Translations under genes and position numbers: made by a program
Shown here: positions 51,759 through 64,000 of the stretch, piece after piece
Layout: the number at the start of each line of letters is the position of its first letter
Numbering within the stretch: the stretch's first letter is position 1
Origin: Octopus sinensis
Lineage: Eukaryota
Direction of reading: 5' to 3'
NCBI RefSeq assembly: GCF_006345805.1
Contig: NC_043005.1
Span: 4,650,001 to 4,714,000, forward strand
Length of the DNA stretch: 64,000 bases
The notes under the pieces: generated by a model
What the model was told of the DNA's origin: nothing
Databases searched by the model: none
Seen by the model: the letters and a program-made list of their open reading frames with translations, nothing else

Positions 51759-53565
51759 CTAAGAAAACAGATCAAGAATTAATAACGAACATTTAAAAAA
51801 CATTTTTTAAATCAGGTTTTTAAAGTGATATTCTTTCAGATATTATAAACTAATTATAGACACCCATTATAGACAGCAATAACTAATTATAGACACCCAT
51901 TGTTATACACAGCAATAACTATAAACATCAAATGTTAAAGAGTAAATAGATCTTGCCAAACTGCTTCGAATCATTATTTAGCTTTTATTATTATCAAATA
52001 TTAAGAAATTTAACAAAACTATTTTGCATTGAAACATTACAATTCAAACTAAACAATCTATACTGAAAAGAAAATGATCACTGCAAACAATTCTTACAAA
52101 GATTTCCTTTCACAAATGTTTTCTAGATAGCTATGTAATATTTCTTGCCAGTGGCATGTAAAAAGCACAATTCAAGCGTGGTTGTTGCCAGTGCCGCCTG
52201 ACTGGCTCTTGTGCTGGTGGCACATAAAAAGTACCATTTGAGCATTGTTGTTGCCAGTGTTGCCTGAGTGGCACATAAAAAGCACCATTCAAGTGTAGTC
52301 GATGCTAGTACCACATAAATGGCCCTCGTAGCACATAAAAAGCACCCACTACACTCTCGGAGTGGTTGGCATTAGAAAGGGCATCCAGCTGTAGAAACTC
52401 TGCCAGATCAAGATTGGAGCCTGATGTAGCCTTCTGGCTTGCCAGCCCTCAGTCAAACCGTCCAACCCATGCCAGCATGGAAAGCAGACGTTAAACGATG
52501 ATAATAATGAAACAAGTTCATCATTAAAGGATTTTTAGTGATTTATCATGTAGTGGCTTTGTCTTGAATCAAAAGCAGCAACAGACTCAGTTCCTGTGTA
52601 GCTTGCTCACCATTTCTTCTACAGCACATAGTACTATTGTTTTGGTATGAGCCAATGTGGAAGCCTATATGGGGTTGATGAAACTCTTAGGAATAACAGC
52701 CAACTTTTCTCACATCACCTCTGTATCCTCTTAAAAATTAGACACATTGGATAATGTAACTCTAGATATACTATGCTTGAAAAAGAAAGATGAGGTCTTT
52801 CAGGTAGAGCCAGTTAATGACGATCAATAATCACCAAATGATAAAAAAAGAGGTAAAAAAAAAGCCATTCAACATTGTCATCTGCCAAGCAGTTCTCTAC
52901 TACTGCTACTACAAAGTTACCTTTTCTGTGGTCTCTATTTAGCAGTAATAATTTAGAGTGAGCCAAGAAAAGTCCAACATCCCGTTTGGTGACAGACTAA
53001 AACTGACCAATCAACTACAAGACAAAATAAACTGTTGGCTCATTGATTCTGACGGCCTTCAATAATATTGCTTTTATAGGTTGGCAAGTCTTACCAGGAT
53101 TCACTGTACTTTTCATCACTCTGAGACTGATAGGGCAAGTACCAGTAATATGATAGGGTTTAAGTTAATTGATTATACCTTACTTTGTTCAAAAATTAGA
53201 TCTGTTCCTTTGGTAACCAAAATAATTCACTCCAAAAACCCCAAACGAGGAAACGCAAATCAACAAGACAAGTATGTAATAATCCATATACATATCATTT
53301 ATCAGGTAACCTTGTTGGCTCCACTGGTGGTTTATACATCCTGACAATAGCTTTTGATTATCTTTGCCCAGTTCATGGCAGCAGAGGTAACCTAAGGGTC
53401 ACTAATCCTTTCAGGAGAGCAGCAACATAAAAAACTCAACCAGCTGAGATGCTCAGTGTTTGAGAGGCCAACAATTTCGGTTGTGTGAGGAGACTGACTG
53501 GAAATTCTGAAAGAAGATTAAGTCAACTGAATGGATAGCAATTGAAAAAATGCCAAAAAACTCAC

Positions 53566-53673
53566 CACCCTTCTTCCGAATCCAAGCTACGTAATGTCCA
53601 CTGGAACTTGAACGACCTTTGTGTGTTAGAACAGCCTTCAGTTCATAGAAGCCACTGTTGTTAGAACCTTCAT
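53566..53673 (-). CDS. USP14: USP14 exon with His box (D-EGSNNSGFYELKAVLTHKGRSSSSGHYVAWIRKKG)
   Basis: CAG|...|GTGAG, 108 nt, phase 1-1. Confidence 0.97.
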
Positions 53674-54233
53674 CTGAAACAGAACATTTTAAAATCTTCA
53701 TTTCTTGCAGAGATCTAGAGACGTCAGAGTTAGAGGAGAGGGAAACAGGATGTGGAGACATTCATTCATTCTGCAGATCAGTTTGATTTAACATTGGATG
53801 AGATTAACAATTTGGTTACACCTTTATCATCACCAGTCTAAAGTCTACTATTCCATGCTTGTACCTGTCAAATGAGAGACTACAGTGAAGCAGAATGTTC
53901 TGCATCCGTTTGCCCTCCCTCATGTCAGCCCTCATCTGTTTCCAAGCAGCAGAATAATCCCTCAGTCTTTGAAAACAACAAACAGCCCAGACACGTTTTT
54001 ACAAAGGACTGCAAACAAATAATGCAACATGTCAAGAAAGCCTAGACATGCTTTTCTGGTGGACAAACACCACCATCAGGATAGGTGAGGTGAAATACAA
54101 ATCACTCTCTCACTCACACACGTACACACGCATGTTGGGCTTCTTTCAGATTCTGTCTACAGGATATTGGTCGAACTGTAGCTCGTGTCAAGGATTCAAG
54201 GAACAGAAATAAGAAATTACAGTAAGAACTAAA

Positions 54234-54655
54234 GGATCTTTACCTTTTGACCGACAGATTTAAAAAATAATTTTTTGACACACAAAATAAACAAAATAAA
54301 CTGAAACGCTAAAAGCAAATGAAAATAATTTAACAAAGAAAATAAATTAGACATTGGTGTATCTCTAACGAAATATGTCAGAAATAACAGTGACAAACGA
54401 AATATACACCGCCAGAACTTCTTGTTGACAAACAACAGCAGTAATTGTATTCACCTCAATAGACGTCATTGGTTGGTTGAAATTACCGAAATACGATAAC
54501 TTTAACAACAAATAACTTCCATATTACAGATTTTTCTCAACAATGCCAAGAGTAAACAATATTTTATGTGACACATTCTACCAATATACGAAGTTTGAAA
54601 GTGTTTAGTTACAAAAATCAAATTTTTAAATCTGTAGGTCAAAAGGTAAAGATCC
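54234..54655. mobile_element. 422-bp MITE with 33-bp TIRs and exact 8-bp TSD
   Basis: GGATCTTTACCTTTTGACC(G/T)ACAGATTTAAAAA TIRs; GAACTAAA at 54226-54233 and 54656-54663. Confidence 0.85.
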
Positions 54656-54738
54656 GAACTAAAATGAAGAATTCACAAAATATTCGTTTATATAAAAAAA
54701 AAAAAAAACCTAAATGCATTTACATTAGTGTCACTTAC

Positions 54739-54814
54739 CTCCAGAGAAAGAATATGCTTCTGTTTTTAACTTCCTTGCTTCAAGAGCTTTAGCATATTCT
54801 TTGTCATATTTCGC
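54739..54814 (-). CDS. USP14: USP14 exon (AKYDKEYAKALEARKLKTEAYSFSG)
   Basis: TTTCAG|...|GTAAG, 76 nt, phase 0-1; required to keep frame between flanking exons. Confidence 0.85.
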
Positions 54815-55445
54815 CTGAAAGAATCACATGGAAAAACATCCTAAGAGATGAGACGCAACAAATATGCTGTAATGACATCGTTTTCAAATTAACGAAGCCA
54901 CAAGATGAACCGATAGATAAACTAATCTAAAGCAATGGAGTCTGCTTATTTATCTAATTATAAGAAAACTAAATGATGAGCAATTAAAATGACCAAAGAA
55001 AATATATGCTATACTTTGAATTATAAGAACAAAATTGAAATTTCAAAGGTGTAACATTTTTTAATATCTCAAAATCAGTAAAAACAAGCAACATCTCCCT
55101 CAAAATAATATGGCAATCTTTTCTTATGTTATGACATCAGCACTAAGCAAATTACAGTAAGTACTCATTAAATTATATTAGATATTCATTAAATATCCAT
55201 TAAATTATATCACATATCCTTTAAATTATATTAAATATCCGTTAAGTTATACTAAACGTTCATTAAATTCTATTAAATATTCATTCAATAAAATGTTTTC
55301 TGTGTTTAGATACAATATATACAAAATTTATATAAATCTCATAAAAATGAATTTTCCCAAGATATTTTGCCTGAGAAAAAGAAAATTATAATCCATTTAG
55401 ACTGAATTAAGCTAAAGAGTAGAAACTGATAAAACTGAATCTAAC

Positions 55446-55571
55446 CTTGCTCTGTTCTTCTGCTTTTCTATCTTCCATTATTTTATACTTATCACGGGTT
55501 GGAACCAATTTTTTCTGTAATTCTTCAGTACATAAATCATAGACATCAAGGTTTAACGGGAATTTGACATC
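55446..55571 (-). CDS. USP14: USP14 exon (DVKFPLNLDVYDLCTEELQKKLVPTRDKYKIMEDRKAEEQSK)
   Basis: CAG|...|GT, 126 nt; cf. human DVKFPLMLDMYELCTPELQEK. Confidence 0.95.
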
Positions 55572-58528
55572 CTGAAATTTTGAGGAAGAATTAAAACTGA
55601 ACCAAACAATAAATAAAATGCAGAAAGAATGAAAATACACAAAAATATATTTACTGAGAAATTAAATCCAAGACAGATTATAGAAAAAGAAAAAGAGGTT
55701 ATTCAGTAAGACCATCAACATCTTTTTAACAATATTCCCTCTTCCTTGCTTGCAAGAGTCAGATGGAATTTGTTGTTGCAGATTTTTTTTACAGCTGGAT
55801 GCTCTTCCTGTTGCCAACCCTCATCCGTTTCCAAGCAAGGTGATACTTCCCCCATGGCCAGACATGTTTTCATGAAAGATTGAAAACAGCACACTACTTC
55901 CTTGCACCATTCGCCAGGATCAAGGCATCACCAACAGATGGTGGGTGCAGTGATGCATTGTCACAGTGCACATCCCCATACTACCGCTAATTCCTTGTCT
56001 TGATTTTGTGGGATAATTGTAAAGGAGTGATACCTTCACAGTATGGGGATATGCACTGTAACAGTGCATTGCTGCACCCATCACTTGGTGGTGATTCCCT
56101 ACTCCTGGCAAATAGTTCAAGGAAGTAGTGCCACACAAATTGACACACAAGTCAGGCTTCTTTCAGTTTCCATCTGCAAAATCCACTCACAAGATTTTAG
56201 TCAACCTGGTGCTAGAGAAGAAATCTGCCCAATAGCACCTTAGGCAGGTGTCTTCTATAGCCCCAGGTGGCTGACAAAGCAAACTTCCTATCACACAGAC
56301 ACACCTGCAACTAAAAGTCTGATGCTTCACGTAATTTAGCAGTTCAGTAAAAAAGACCAATAGAATAAGTACTAGGCTTACAAAGGATAAGTCTTGGGGT
56401 CGATTTGTTCGACTAAAGGTGGTGCTCCAGCAAGGCCACAGTCAAATGACTGAAACAAGTAAAAGACTATGCTCAACCAACTGAGCTATGCAGGCAGGCC
56501 ACAACAAAGAAACTAGAATTAACCTGTCAGGGAATACATTAGAATATTGAGCCCTGGACAATTGTCCCTTGACCTTTGGATTATGACTTGAAAGCATTAT
56601 TTAATAATTACACATGGAAGAATGAACAAGAAATAATTTCCATCAAAAGTCATAATTTGAAAGCAAAAAAGTTCTTAGCATTATTACAGAGAAAGGACGA
56701 AGCAGTGCCAATTGCATAAGCAAGAACTCTGAGAGAATGACAGATTAATGTGATTGGTGCTGCAGATGTAGGACTTGCAAAGAACGTTAAAGCAAATGGT
56801 TGCAGGCGGCAAGCCTCGGCTGGTGAAGTTGATAAGATAGCAGTTTACAGCTTGAAGGTCAGGGTTTCAAATTTTATTGTTGGCAATGTGCTGTGTTGAT
56901 GCAAAGATAATCAACATCTGATGATGCTGTCTAACTAGATGTCAATAGCTATGTTAGTGTTAATGTATTTAATGAAAGGAGGATCAAAAAGCTAATTAGA
57001 AATAATTATGTACTGAAGACAACATTAGCTCGATGACTAATGATATTTTCATCATTTTGGAAAGTAGGGGAGACAACTGCACACGTTTCTGTCTTATTAG
57101 AATCTCCTCAACAAATCATACAGCTCACCATACTAAGTAAATGTAGCAATGGCTGTGTGGGCCATGTAGTTCAAACGTGGTTTCAGGTTCAATCCCATTG
57201 TGCAGCACTTTGACTAAGAGTCATCTAATATAACTCCAGGCCAACCAAAGACTTGTGAGTGGATTGGGTTAGACCCATTAGTTCTACAGAGAGATCCAGG
57301 TTTTATTGCAGTCTTTGGAATGCTAAGTCTGGAAATGACATTTTACTGAGAGAAAGAATTTGATAAAGAATAGAAAGATAAGCTCAACCCCTTTTGCTAC
57401 TATATTCCTCTTGAAATAAACCCTTTTTGTTCAAATAAATTTTGAAGCTGATGAATTTAGTAAAATAACCTTACCATTCTTTGTGCTTGGAACACAACTT
57501 GGCATGAAATTTTGATGGAAGGTTCTTCAGATCACCATAAAACTTAATACAAAAATTTGCATCAGAGAAGCAGGGGTGGTCTTAGATGGATTGGTATCAA
57601 AAGAGTTAAGAGTAGCGTTTAGACACTAGAGAAATATATATAGTGTACAAATACCTCAAATTCTATCAAACAGTGAGAAGATAATAACTTAGTGGAAACA
57701 GCAATTAAAATTCCAACTAACGAGGACAGTGAATGTTCTCAGATGATGGCCTTCGTTATAGCAAATATCTTGATTATGAGCTTCAAATGATGATGATACA
57801 CTAGTTGAAGAGGTAAGCAAATGTCAATCAAATATATATATATCGATGCCAGTGCCTGCTGACTGGCTCTCATGCCGGTGGCATGTAAAAAGCACCCACT
57901 ACACTTATGGAGTGGTTGGCGTTAGGAAGGGCATCCTGCTGTAGAAACATTGCCAGATCAGATTGGAGCCTGGTGAGGCCTCCTAGCTTGCCAGTCCTCA
58001 GTCAAACCGTCCAACCCATGACAGCATTGAAAACGGACGATGATGATATATAAGAATTAAAAGGAAGTAGGCAGAGCAACAAGCTTGACTACTGGAGTCA
58101 TCGGTACCTTACAAATTGTTCCTGCCTTGTTAAACAGCCGTCCTTCTTTTGATCCTTTACTTCATTAGTCAATTAGTAAGTTATCAAAGAAGTCAAGTCA
58201 TTAACTTTTACTAATCAGAGACATCTATTAATGAATGACTAGCTGTATTGACTTCCAAATAAAATCAGTGAGAGCCAACTTCCATTTGGAGTCACAAACA
58301 CAAAAAGTTGATTTCAACATTGCAAGCTAAGAAACACTCCTCAGTTTCAGAGTGTTGCCACTACTTCCATTAATGGTACCCATTTACAGCTAGGTGGACT
58401 GGAACAATTTGAAAGTATCACAACCACAGAACCAATAAGATACAAACTGCTGCCTATATCTCAGATGTTGTTTATGAACGCAGTTACCTTTGACCTCATT
58501 TTAACAAATAGCAAAGACAAAGCGTTAC

Positions 58529-58621
58529 CTTGAGAATTTTTGCATTGATTGATTCCTTTTCTTTGTAGAAAAACCTAACAAATTGGATTGATAAATAGCC
58601 AGGTAGTCGACTGATTTTACT
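58529..58621 (-). CDS. USP14: USP14 exon (SKISRLPGYLSIQFVRFFYKEKESINAKILK)
   Basis: TAG|...|GTAAC, 93 nt; cf. human SKISRLPAYLTIQMVRFFYKEKESVNAKVLK. Confidence 0.97.
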
Positions 58622-58902
58622 CTAGAAATTGAGAAAAAACAAAAAAAAAAGAGGGAAAAAAGTTTAAATTAATTAGATACACATAAAAAGAGAAATATAC
58701 AAGTAAACATGGTTGAAACTAAAATTGTAAATTTAATGCAAGTGTCTGTGTAGTTGAGAGATTTACTTCCCAACCACATTGTCTCAGGTTCAATCTCAGT
58801 GCATGACTTTTTCAGGTAGTGTCTTCTATTATAGCCCCAGGCCTTGTGAATGTAGTGGGTAAATAGAAATTGAAAGAATCCATCATATGTCTGTGTGCAT
58901 GC

Positions 58903-58942
<40 letters not shown>

Positions 58943-59770
58943 GAGTCCAGTGATGGCTTAATTAGCCAAAATTTTGAAGTTACTGTCAATACAATTCTTT
59001 TTGAAGAATAATAAATTTGGACTTTACCAAATATATTGAGTAATACTTCAATTTATTGTACAAGTGTTTTTATTTTATCGTAGAATCAAACAATGTGTGT
59101 GTAGGTATGCATAGGCAAAAGTGTGCATGTGTGTGTGTGTGTGTATATACACACACATATACATACACATGTATATGAAGCATGATAGAGGAGATACATG
59201 GCTACTTTGCATTCTAGGGGCAGTGGGGGTAGGAGCAGCTGGAATGAGAGATAAAGATGGTGGTGACAAGATGTTAGGGCAAACCCTCAAGTTTCAAGGT
59301 GAACAGTAAACGGAATAGCAATCACAGATTAGGAAGGGTATGTGGGTAAGATGGGTATTCAGAAGGGAGGTAGGGAAAGCTTGACAGGGACAGATTGGGT
59401 ACACAGGAAAGGCCAGGGGTGTATAGGGAACCTAACACTTTTAGAATCTCGAGTGTGTATGCATGGATGTTTGCACTGATTTCTAGGAAACTCCTGACTT
59501 ACAACCAAATAAACCCATCATTTTCTGTAGTTAACTGACATGTATAATCTGCTTTTATTTCTAATGCAGCAATGCTTTCCTTTAACTGGGAAAAAACTCC
59601 TCAAAAACATTAACTTGATAGTACCACCCAACCTAAACTAACATTGAATAGTAAGCATAATGACCTCACTGAAAAAATATACAAGCAAGATTAAAATTCA
59701 GTCCATTGCTGGTATTGAACCCTCTTCTTAGCTTCAAATAAACTCACTGAAAAAGACAGAATGTACTCAC

Positions 59771-59836
59771 TGATTTGGTGTATTGTGCATCTCTGCCTAA
59801 AGATGGTGAAAATTTTGTGATGGTTTCTTCAAGACC
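59771..59836 (-). CDS. USP14: USP14 exon (GLEETITKFSPSLGRDAQYTKS)
   Basis: CAG|...|GTGAGT, 66 nt; cf. human EEITKQSPTLQRNALYIKS. Confidence 0.93.
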
Positions 59837-61592
59837 CTGTAGAACAGAAATACTATTATTTAATATGAAGACAGGAAATTCTGACCTAAATTAGATAATT
59901 TGCATACTTAATACAAGTTTTTCATGGATTGTGTTAATTTGAAAATTCCTGGCCAACTAAAAACATGTTTCATGCAACAAACCGCATAAGACAAAAGTTG
60001 TGAGAGGGGAAGAATATGGGATTTGGGGAAAGATGTTTCTACAATGTCTATAAGTATCTTCAAAATTCTATTTCAGCATTTCATTCTAGAAAGATCAGGA
60101 ACTTGTAAAACCAGAGAATTTATCCCTTTTGATAACAAACCTGTCTAAGACTGCCCTTGATTCTCCAACACAAATTTCATATTTTGAAGTGATTTAAATT
60201 AAAAACCTTCCATCAAAATTCTGTATTTATGTTCCAAACACCAGCTTAACAATGGCAAAATCATTATTATACTAAATTCTTCATTATTTTCAAAATAGAA
60301 ATAAAGGCAGCTTGTTTCAATTGAAATATAGTAACAAAAGGGTTAATTAGATGATTAAAGATGATAATGGCACCTGTGCTGGTGGCACGTTAAAGAACCC
60401 ATTACACCCTCGGAATGGTTGGCATTAGGAAAGGCATCCAGCAGCCATAGAAAACAATGCCAAATGAGAGTGGAGTCTGGTGCAGCCTTCCAGCCTGGTC
60501 AAACTGTCCAACCCATGCCAGAATGGACAATGGACATTAAATGATGATGGTGATTGAAAGTACAAATAAAGGTGTGAATTACAAAGATAATCCTGTCGAG
60601 CCAAGATAATACTTGGATTAAGAGGAATAATAAGCTGAGCTCCAACAGAGCTGAACAAAAAGAAAAAGGGGCCTGTTGTAATATTTGATGCTGTTTGCAC
60701 TCCTTGAGCAAGGCACTTCATTTCATAATGCTCCATCCTGCTCAGGAGTGAATGAGCATCAGTCGACTGCTGGCTCATGCAGCTTGGGCTGCTATATCAG
60801 TGTCCCACTGAGTCGAGAGGCTCACGACTATGTTGACCCCTAAAATACCCAGCAAAAGCATGGGACATGCTAAAGGATCATACTCGCTTGTTAGTGATAA
60901 CAAAACTTTTCTGTTTTGCTTAAATTATGAAATAAATTTATCCAACAGCTAAGACTAAGGTACATGGGGTATGAAGTAAAAACCAAAATATAATAGTGGC
61001 CTCCTCTCCTGAAGAAATGCCAACAATAAGAACTGCGTATAAGAAATATGATGTTCAGCAATGGCCTTAATATTGCCATCAAGGTGACATTAAATGAAGA
61101 TCAATAGAGTGACTTCAATGGTTTATCATGAAACTAATGTAGAGTCTATCTAAAATTTACAATTCTTAGTGGTTGCTTAATCCTTCAGCATTTAAAGCAG
61201 CCAAATCTGACTAAAATATTTTACATGTTTTATGTTCAAACTAGCCAGATCTGGCCTCTCACACCTACCCTACAATGCCATTCTAAAAATAAACAATCGC
61301 ATCATCAAAATCTCATAACTTCGAAATATGATTAATTTAAAACAATGTGAATCAATAAGTTTTACATTTGATGGAGTAATCTGAATGCTAAAGGGTGAAA
61401 TATTTTATTAGAAAATTATTCTCAGGAAAAAAAAAAAAAAAATCACTGAAATTCAAGTAAGAAATATATTTTAGAATAACCTAAGATATAATCATGAAAA
61501 TTATAATCTTTAGAAAAGACAACGATTTTTTTTCCAGCTATATTCAAATATATATAAACATATATAGACAAAAAACAATATAGAAAACTTAC

Positions 61593-61624
61593 AGATTTTA
61601 ATCCTGCTTGCATATACCTGACCT
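61593..61624 (-). CDS. USP14: USP14 32-nt exon (E-VRYMQAGLKS)
   Basis: TTGCAG|...|GTAAGT, phase 1-0; cf. human EVKYLFTGLK. Confidence 0.88.
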
Positions 61625-61847
61625 CTGCAAAGACACAATACACAAGAAGTTAATTTGATATCTCCTCTAAGTTTAAATTAACGAATTACATTGCATTATT
61701 ACAGAGAATATATTTCATTTGTCTTGATTAAGTACAATCAAAATCACTGAATAGTTTATTAGTGAAAGGATATGAAAAAAAAAGTGGCAGGCTGGAAATT
61801 TTTTCTAATTAAAGAAATTAAGCATGCAATTTCATAATATGTTAACA

Positions 61848-62187
61848 CTAGCACTATGACCCGGGTCATAGTGCTAGTGCATGTACACATACACGCGAGT
61901 ACTGTCCAAATCTCCAACCAATCACATACAGCTAGCTGGCATTCAATTGGCGTATCAAGTTTCGGGCATTTTGATTGGGTTTTGGATAGAAAATTCACAA
62001 AAAAAGTCACTTCTATTGATTTTTTAATGGCTTTGCAGGGTGACTGGGGAAATGTAACGATGTGCACGACCACCCTTGGATGGTTTTGAATGACCATAGA
62101 AAGTGTGAGCCCTCTAACTGAAAAATTGTGGATCTGTATAAAGGACACACACAAAGACAGACATTTTGCCGTTTATATATAGAGAGA
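61848..62187 (-). mobile_element. Short Helitron-like element (relative of 27435-28823)
   Basis: A|TCTCTCTATATATAAAC 5' end, CTAG|T 3' end, terminal 34-bp perfect palindrome 61846-61879. Confidence 0.7.
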
Positions 62188-62462
62188 TACATTTAATTAT
62201 GCTCTGCATTTTTAGGTGGTCAATATAGCAATCAAGTGGTGGTTATTCAAAAACAGGCAAAGACAAAATTTGCACAAATTTCCGCACATATCCACAGTAA
62301 AGAGAGATGGAACACTGATGGGTGAGTAATGATCATCAACAGTAGGACCAGACTCACTTCTCTGGCATTTTGACTACTTTACCAATAAAGAACTGGTAGT
62401 TCTAAAGATTTCTAATCCATCCTAGGAACTATTTCACATGAATGGTTGTTTTAATTTTTTAA

Positions 62463-62898
62463 CCCTTTTGTTACCATGGCGCTTTTTAAACCCGCTGCCT
62501 TTGTTTCAATAATTTGCTGAAAATAATGAAGAATTTAGTAAAATGAGTTTGTCATTATTAAGCTGGTGACTGAAGGGGAGATAACCACTCTGAAATGCTT
62601 GCATCTCACAGTCTGAGTAGATGGCACTGCGAGCTGATTTAGGTGTACTTGCACCATTTGTCTACAGTGAGAAATTTTCTCCCTGACAAAACACAGGGAA
62701 TGGCTTGTTTACGGGTTCAAACATGCCACACACATATTTGAACTGGTCATAACATTGCTTAGCACTCCCACTTCATATTAAACTGGTGTTTCAAACAAAT
62801 TATCATGGAATTTCGATGAGTTTTAACTGAGATCAGTTTGAAACAAAGTTTATATACTAAAACCAGGGGCAGTCTCAGGAGGGTTGGTCCTGAAAGGG
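62463..62898. mobile_element. piggyBac-type MITE with TTAA TSD carrying a 207-bp insertion
   Basis: TTAA|CCCTTT...AAAGGG|TTAA; insert 62569-62775. Confidence 0.7.
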
Positions 62899-63140
62899 TT
62901 AAGCTGATTAACCCTTAACAATAGCATTGTTTTAACAACTTTTCCATGCTTGCATTGATCAGACAGAGTTCACCCAGGAAGATTCTTTCTATGATCAGAC
63001 GCCCTTCTTGTCACCAACTTTCACCCTTTTCCAAAGATAATATTTCCCCATGGCTAGATGCATTTTTGAAGAATATTAAACCCTGAAACCAAAAGTTTCC
63101 ACACATAAATATTTGAATAAAACAAAATTTGATAACTAAC

Positions 63141-63223
63141 CTTTTTCAATGAAACAACTGAGCTGATAAAATTTCTCAACTGATTTTGAAACGTCTTCAT
63201 CCGTCATTTCACTACATTTCATT
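63141..63223 (-). CDS. USP14: USP14 exon (MKCSEMTDEDVSKSVEKFYQLSCFIEK-E); upstream exons lie beyond the window
   Basis: TAG|...|GTTAG, 83 nt, phase 2-1; cf. human MKCTESEEEEVTKGKENQLQLSCFINQE. The nine exons total 724 nt = 1 + 241 codons, open to the stop. Confidence 0.93.
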
Positions 63224-63784
63224 CTAGTAGCAGAGTCAAGGACATTTCACAGAAAACAATTGAATATAGACAATGGGTTCAGATTTAGGGAAGAATAACT
63301 ATTGAAATATCTACTATCTTTTGAAAAGACTAAAGATTATGCTGAATAAATATGAAAAAATACAACATTGTATGTGTGTGTGTGTGTATATATTAATGAA
63401 ACCATAATTAAAATAAGGTTTTGGTGTCATGAGGACAGATGGACAATAAACATATTCTGTTGTTCATCATCATCATCTTTGTTTAGCGTTCGCTTTCCAT
63501 GCTGGCATGGGTTGGACGGTGCAACTGGGGTCTGGGAAGCCAGAAGGCTGCACCAGGCTCCAGTCTGATTTGGCAATGTTTCTACAGCTGGATGCCCTTC
63601 CTAATGACAACCACTCCAAGAGTGTAGTGGGTGCTTTTACATGCCACCGGCACAGGTGCCAGACGAAGCTGGCAAACGGCCACAAGCGGATGGTGCTTTT
63701 TACGTGCCACCAGCATCGGTAATGATTACAATTGAAAAATATATATCCTGGATTAACAATGACAACAGATGTGTGTAGAATATT

Positions 63785-63821
<37 letters not shown>

Positions 63822-63827
63822 ATTGTT

Positions 63828-63871
<44 letters not shown>

Positions 63872-64000
63872 ATATATATGTATGTATATTGTTGGCATTC
63901 TTGGTTTGCAAGATTCTTGATGTGAATTCGTGTGTTGAAAGAAATATTACTGAACCTTGGGAGGGGTATTATGGCCGGTAATAATAAACACATGCACTGT

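Noticed and set aside
53453-53761. 102-aa ORF as a single USP14 exon
   Set aside because: Only 53566-53673 is exonic; flanks are intron read-through bounded by clear AG/GT sites.
56913-56955. Hammerhead-like AACAT-CTGATGA-stem II...ATAGCTATGTT in a USP14 intron
   Set aside because: The GAAA strand of the core is missing, so it cannot be active as written.

Overview
Eukaryotic, repeat-saturated genomic DNA, most likely octopus (inferred from the SINE types and (TA)n/(TG)n density; not searched). Two host genes were reconstructed from splice signals. (1) A + strand gene the ORF track misses: a secreted ~65-aa single-domain antistasin-type protease inhibitor in three coding exons (3248-3302, 25818-25947, 31530-31542) with a 22.5-kb first coding intron and Met at the predicted P1. 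(2) The 3' nine coding exons of USP14 on the - strand (63223 to 50152), with all splice phases consistent. The rest is transposon material: several Penelope-like element (PLE) relics, an RTE LINE end, Tc1/mariner and pogo relics, hAT/piggyBac/pogo-type MITEs, Helitron-like elements, many tRNA-derived SINEs and large microsatellites. A 100-N gap is flanked by a ~1.9-kb duplication that is probably an assembly artefact. The main unexplained signal is a set of hammerhead-ribozyme motifs from several unrelated families: three with canonical cores (14582+, 27263-, 47730+) plus U3-A8 and U6 core variants. Most lie inside DNA foldbacks, the best being a complete hammerhead capping an 87-bp inverted repeat at 47621-47883. 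All folds were read by eye; activity and novelty are untested.
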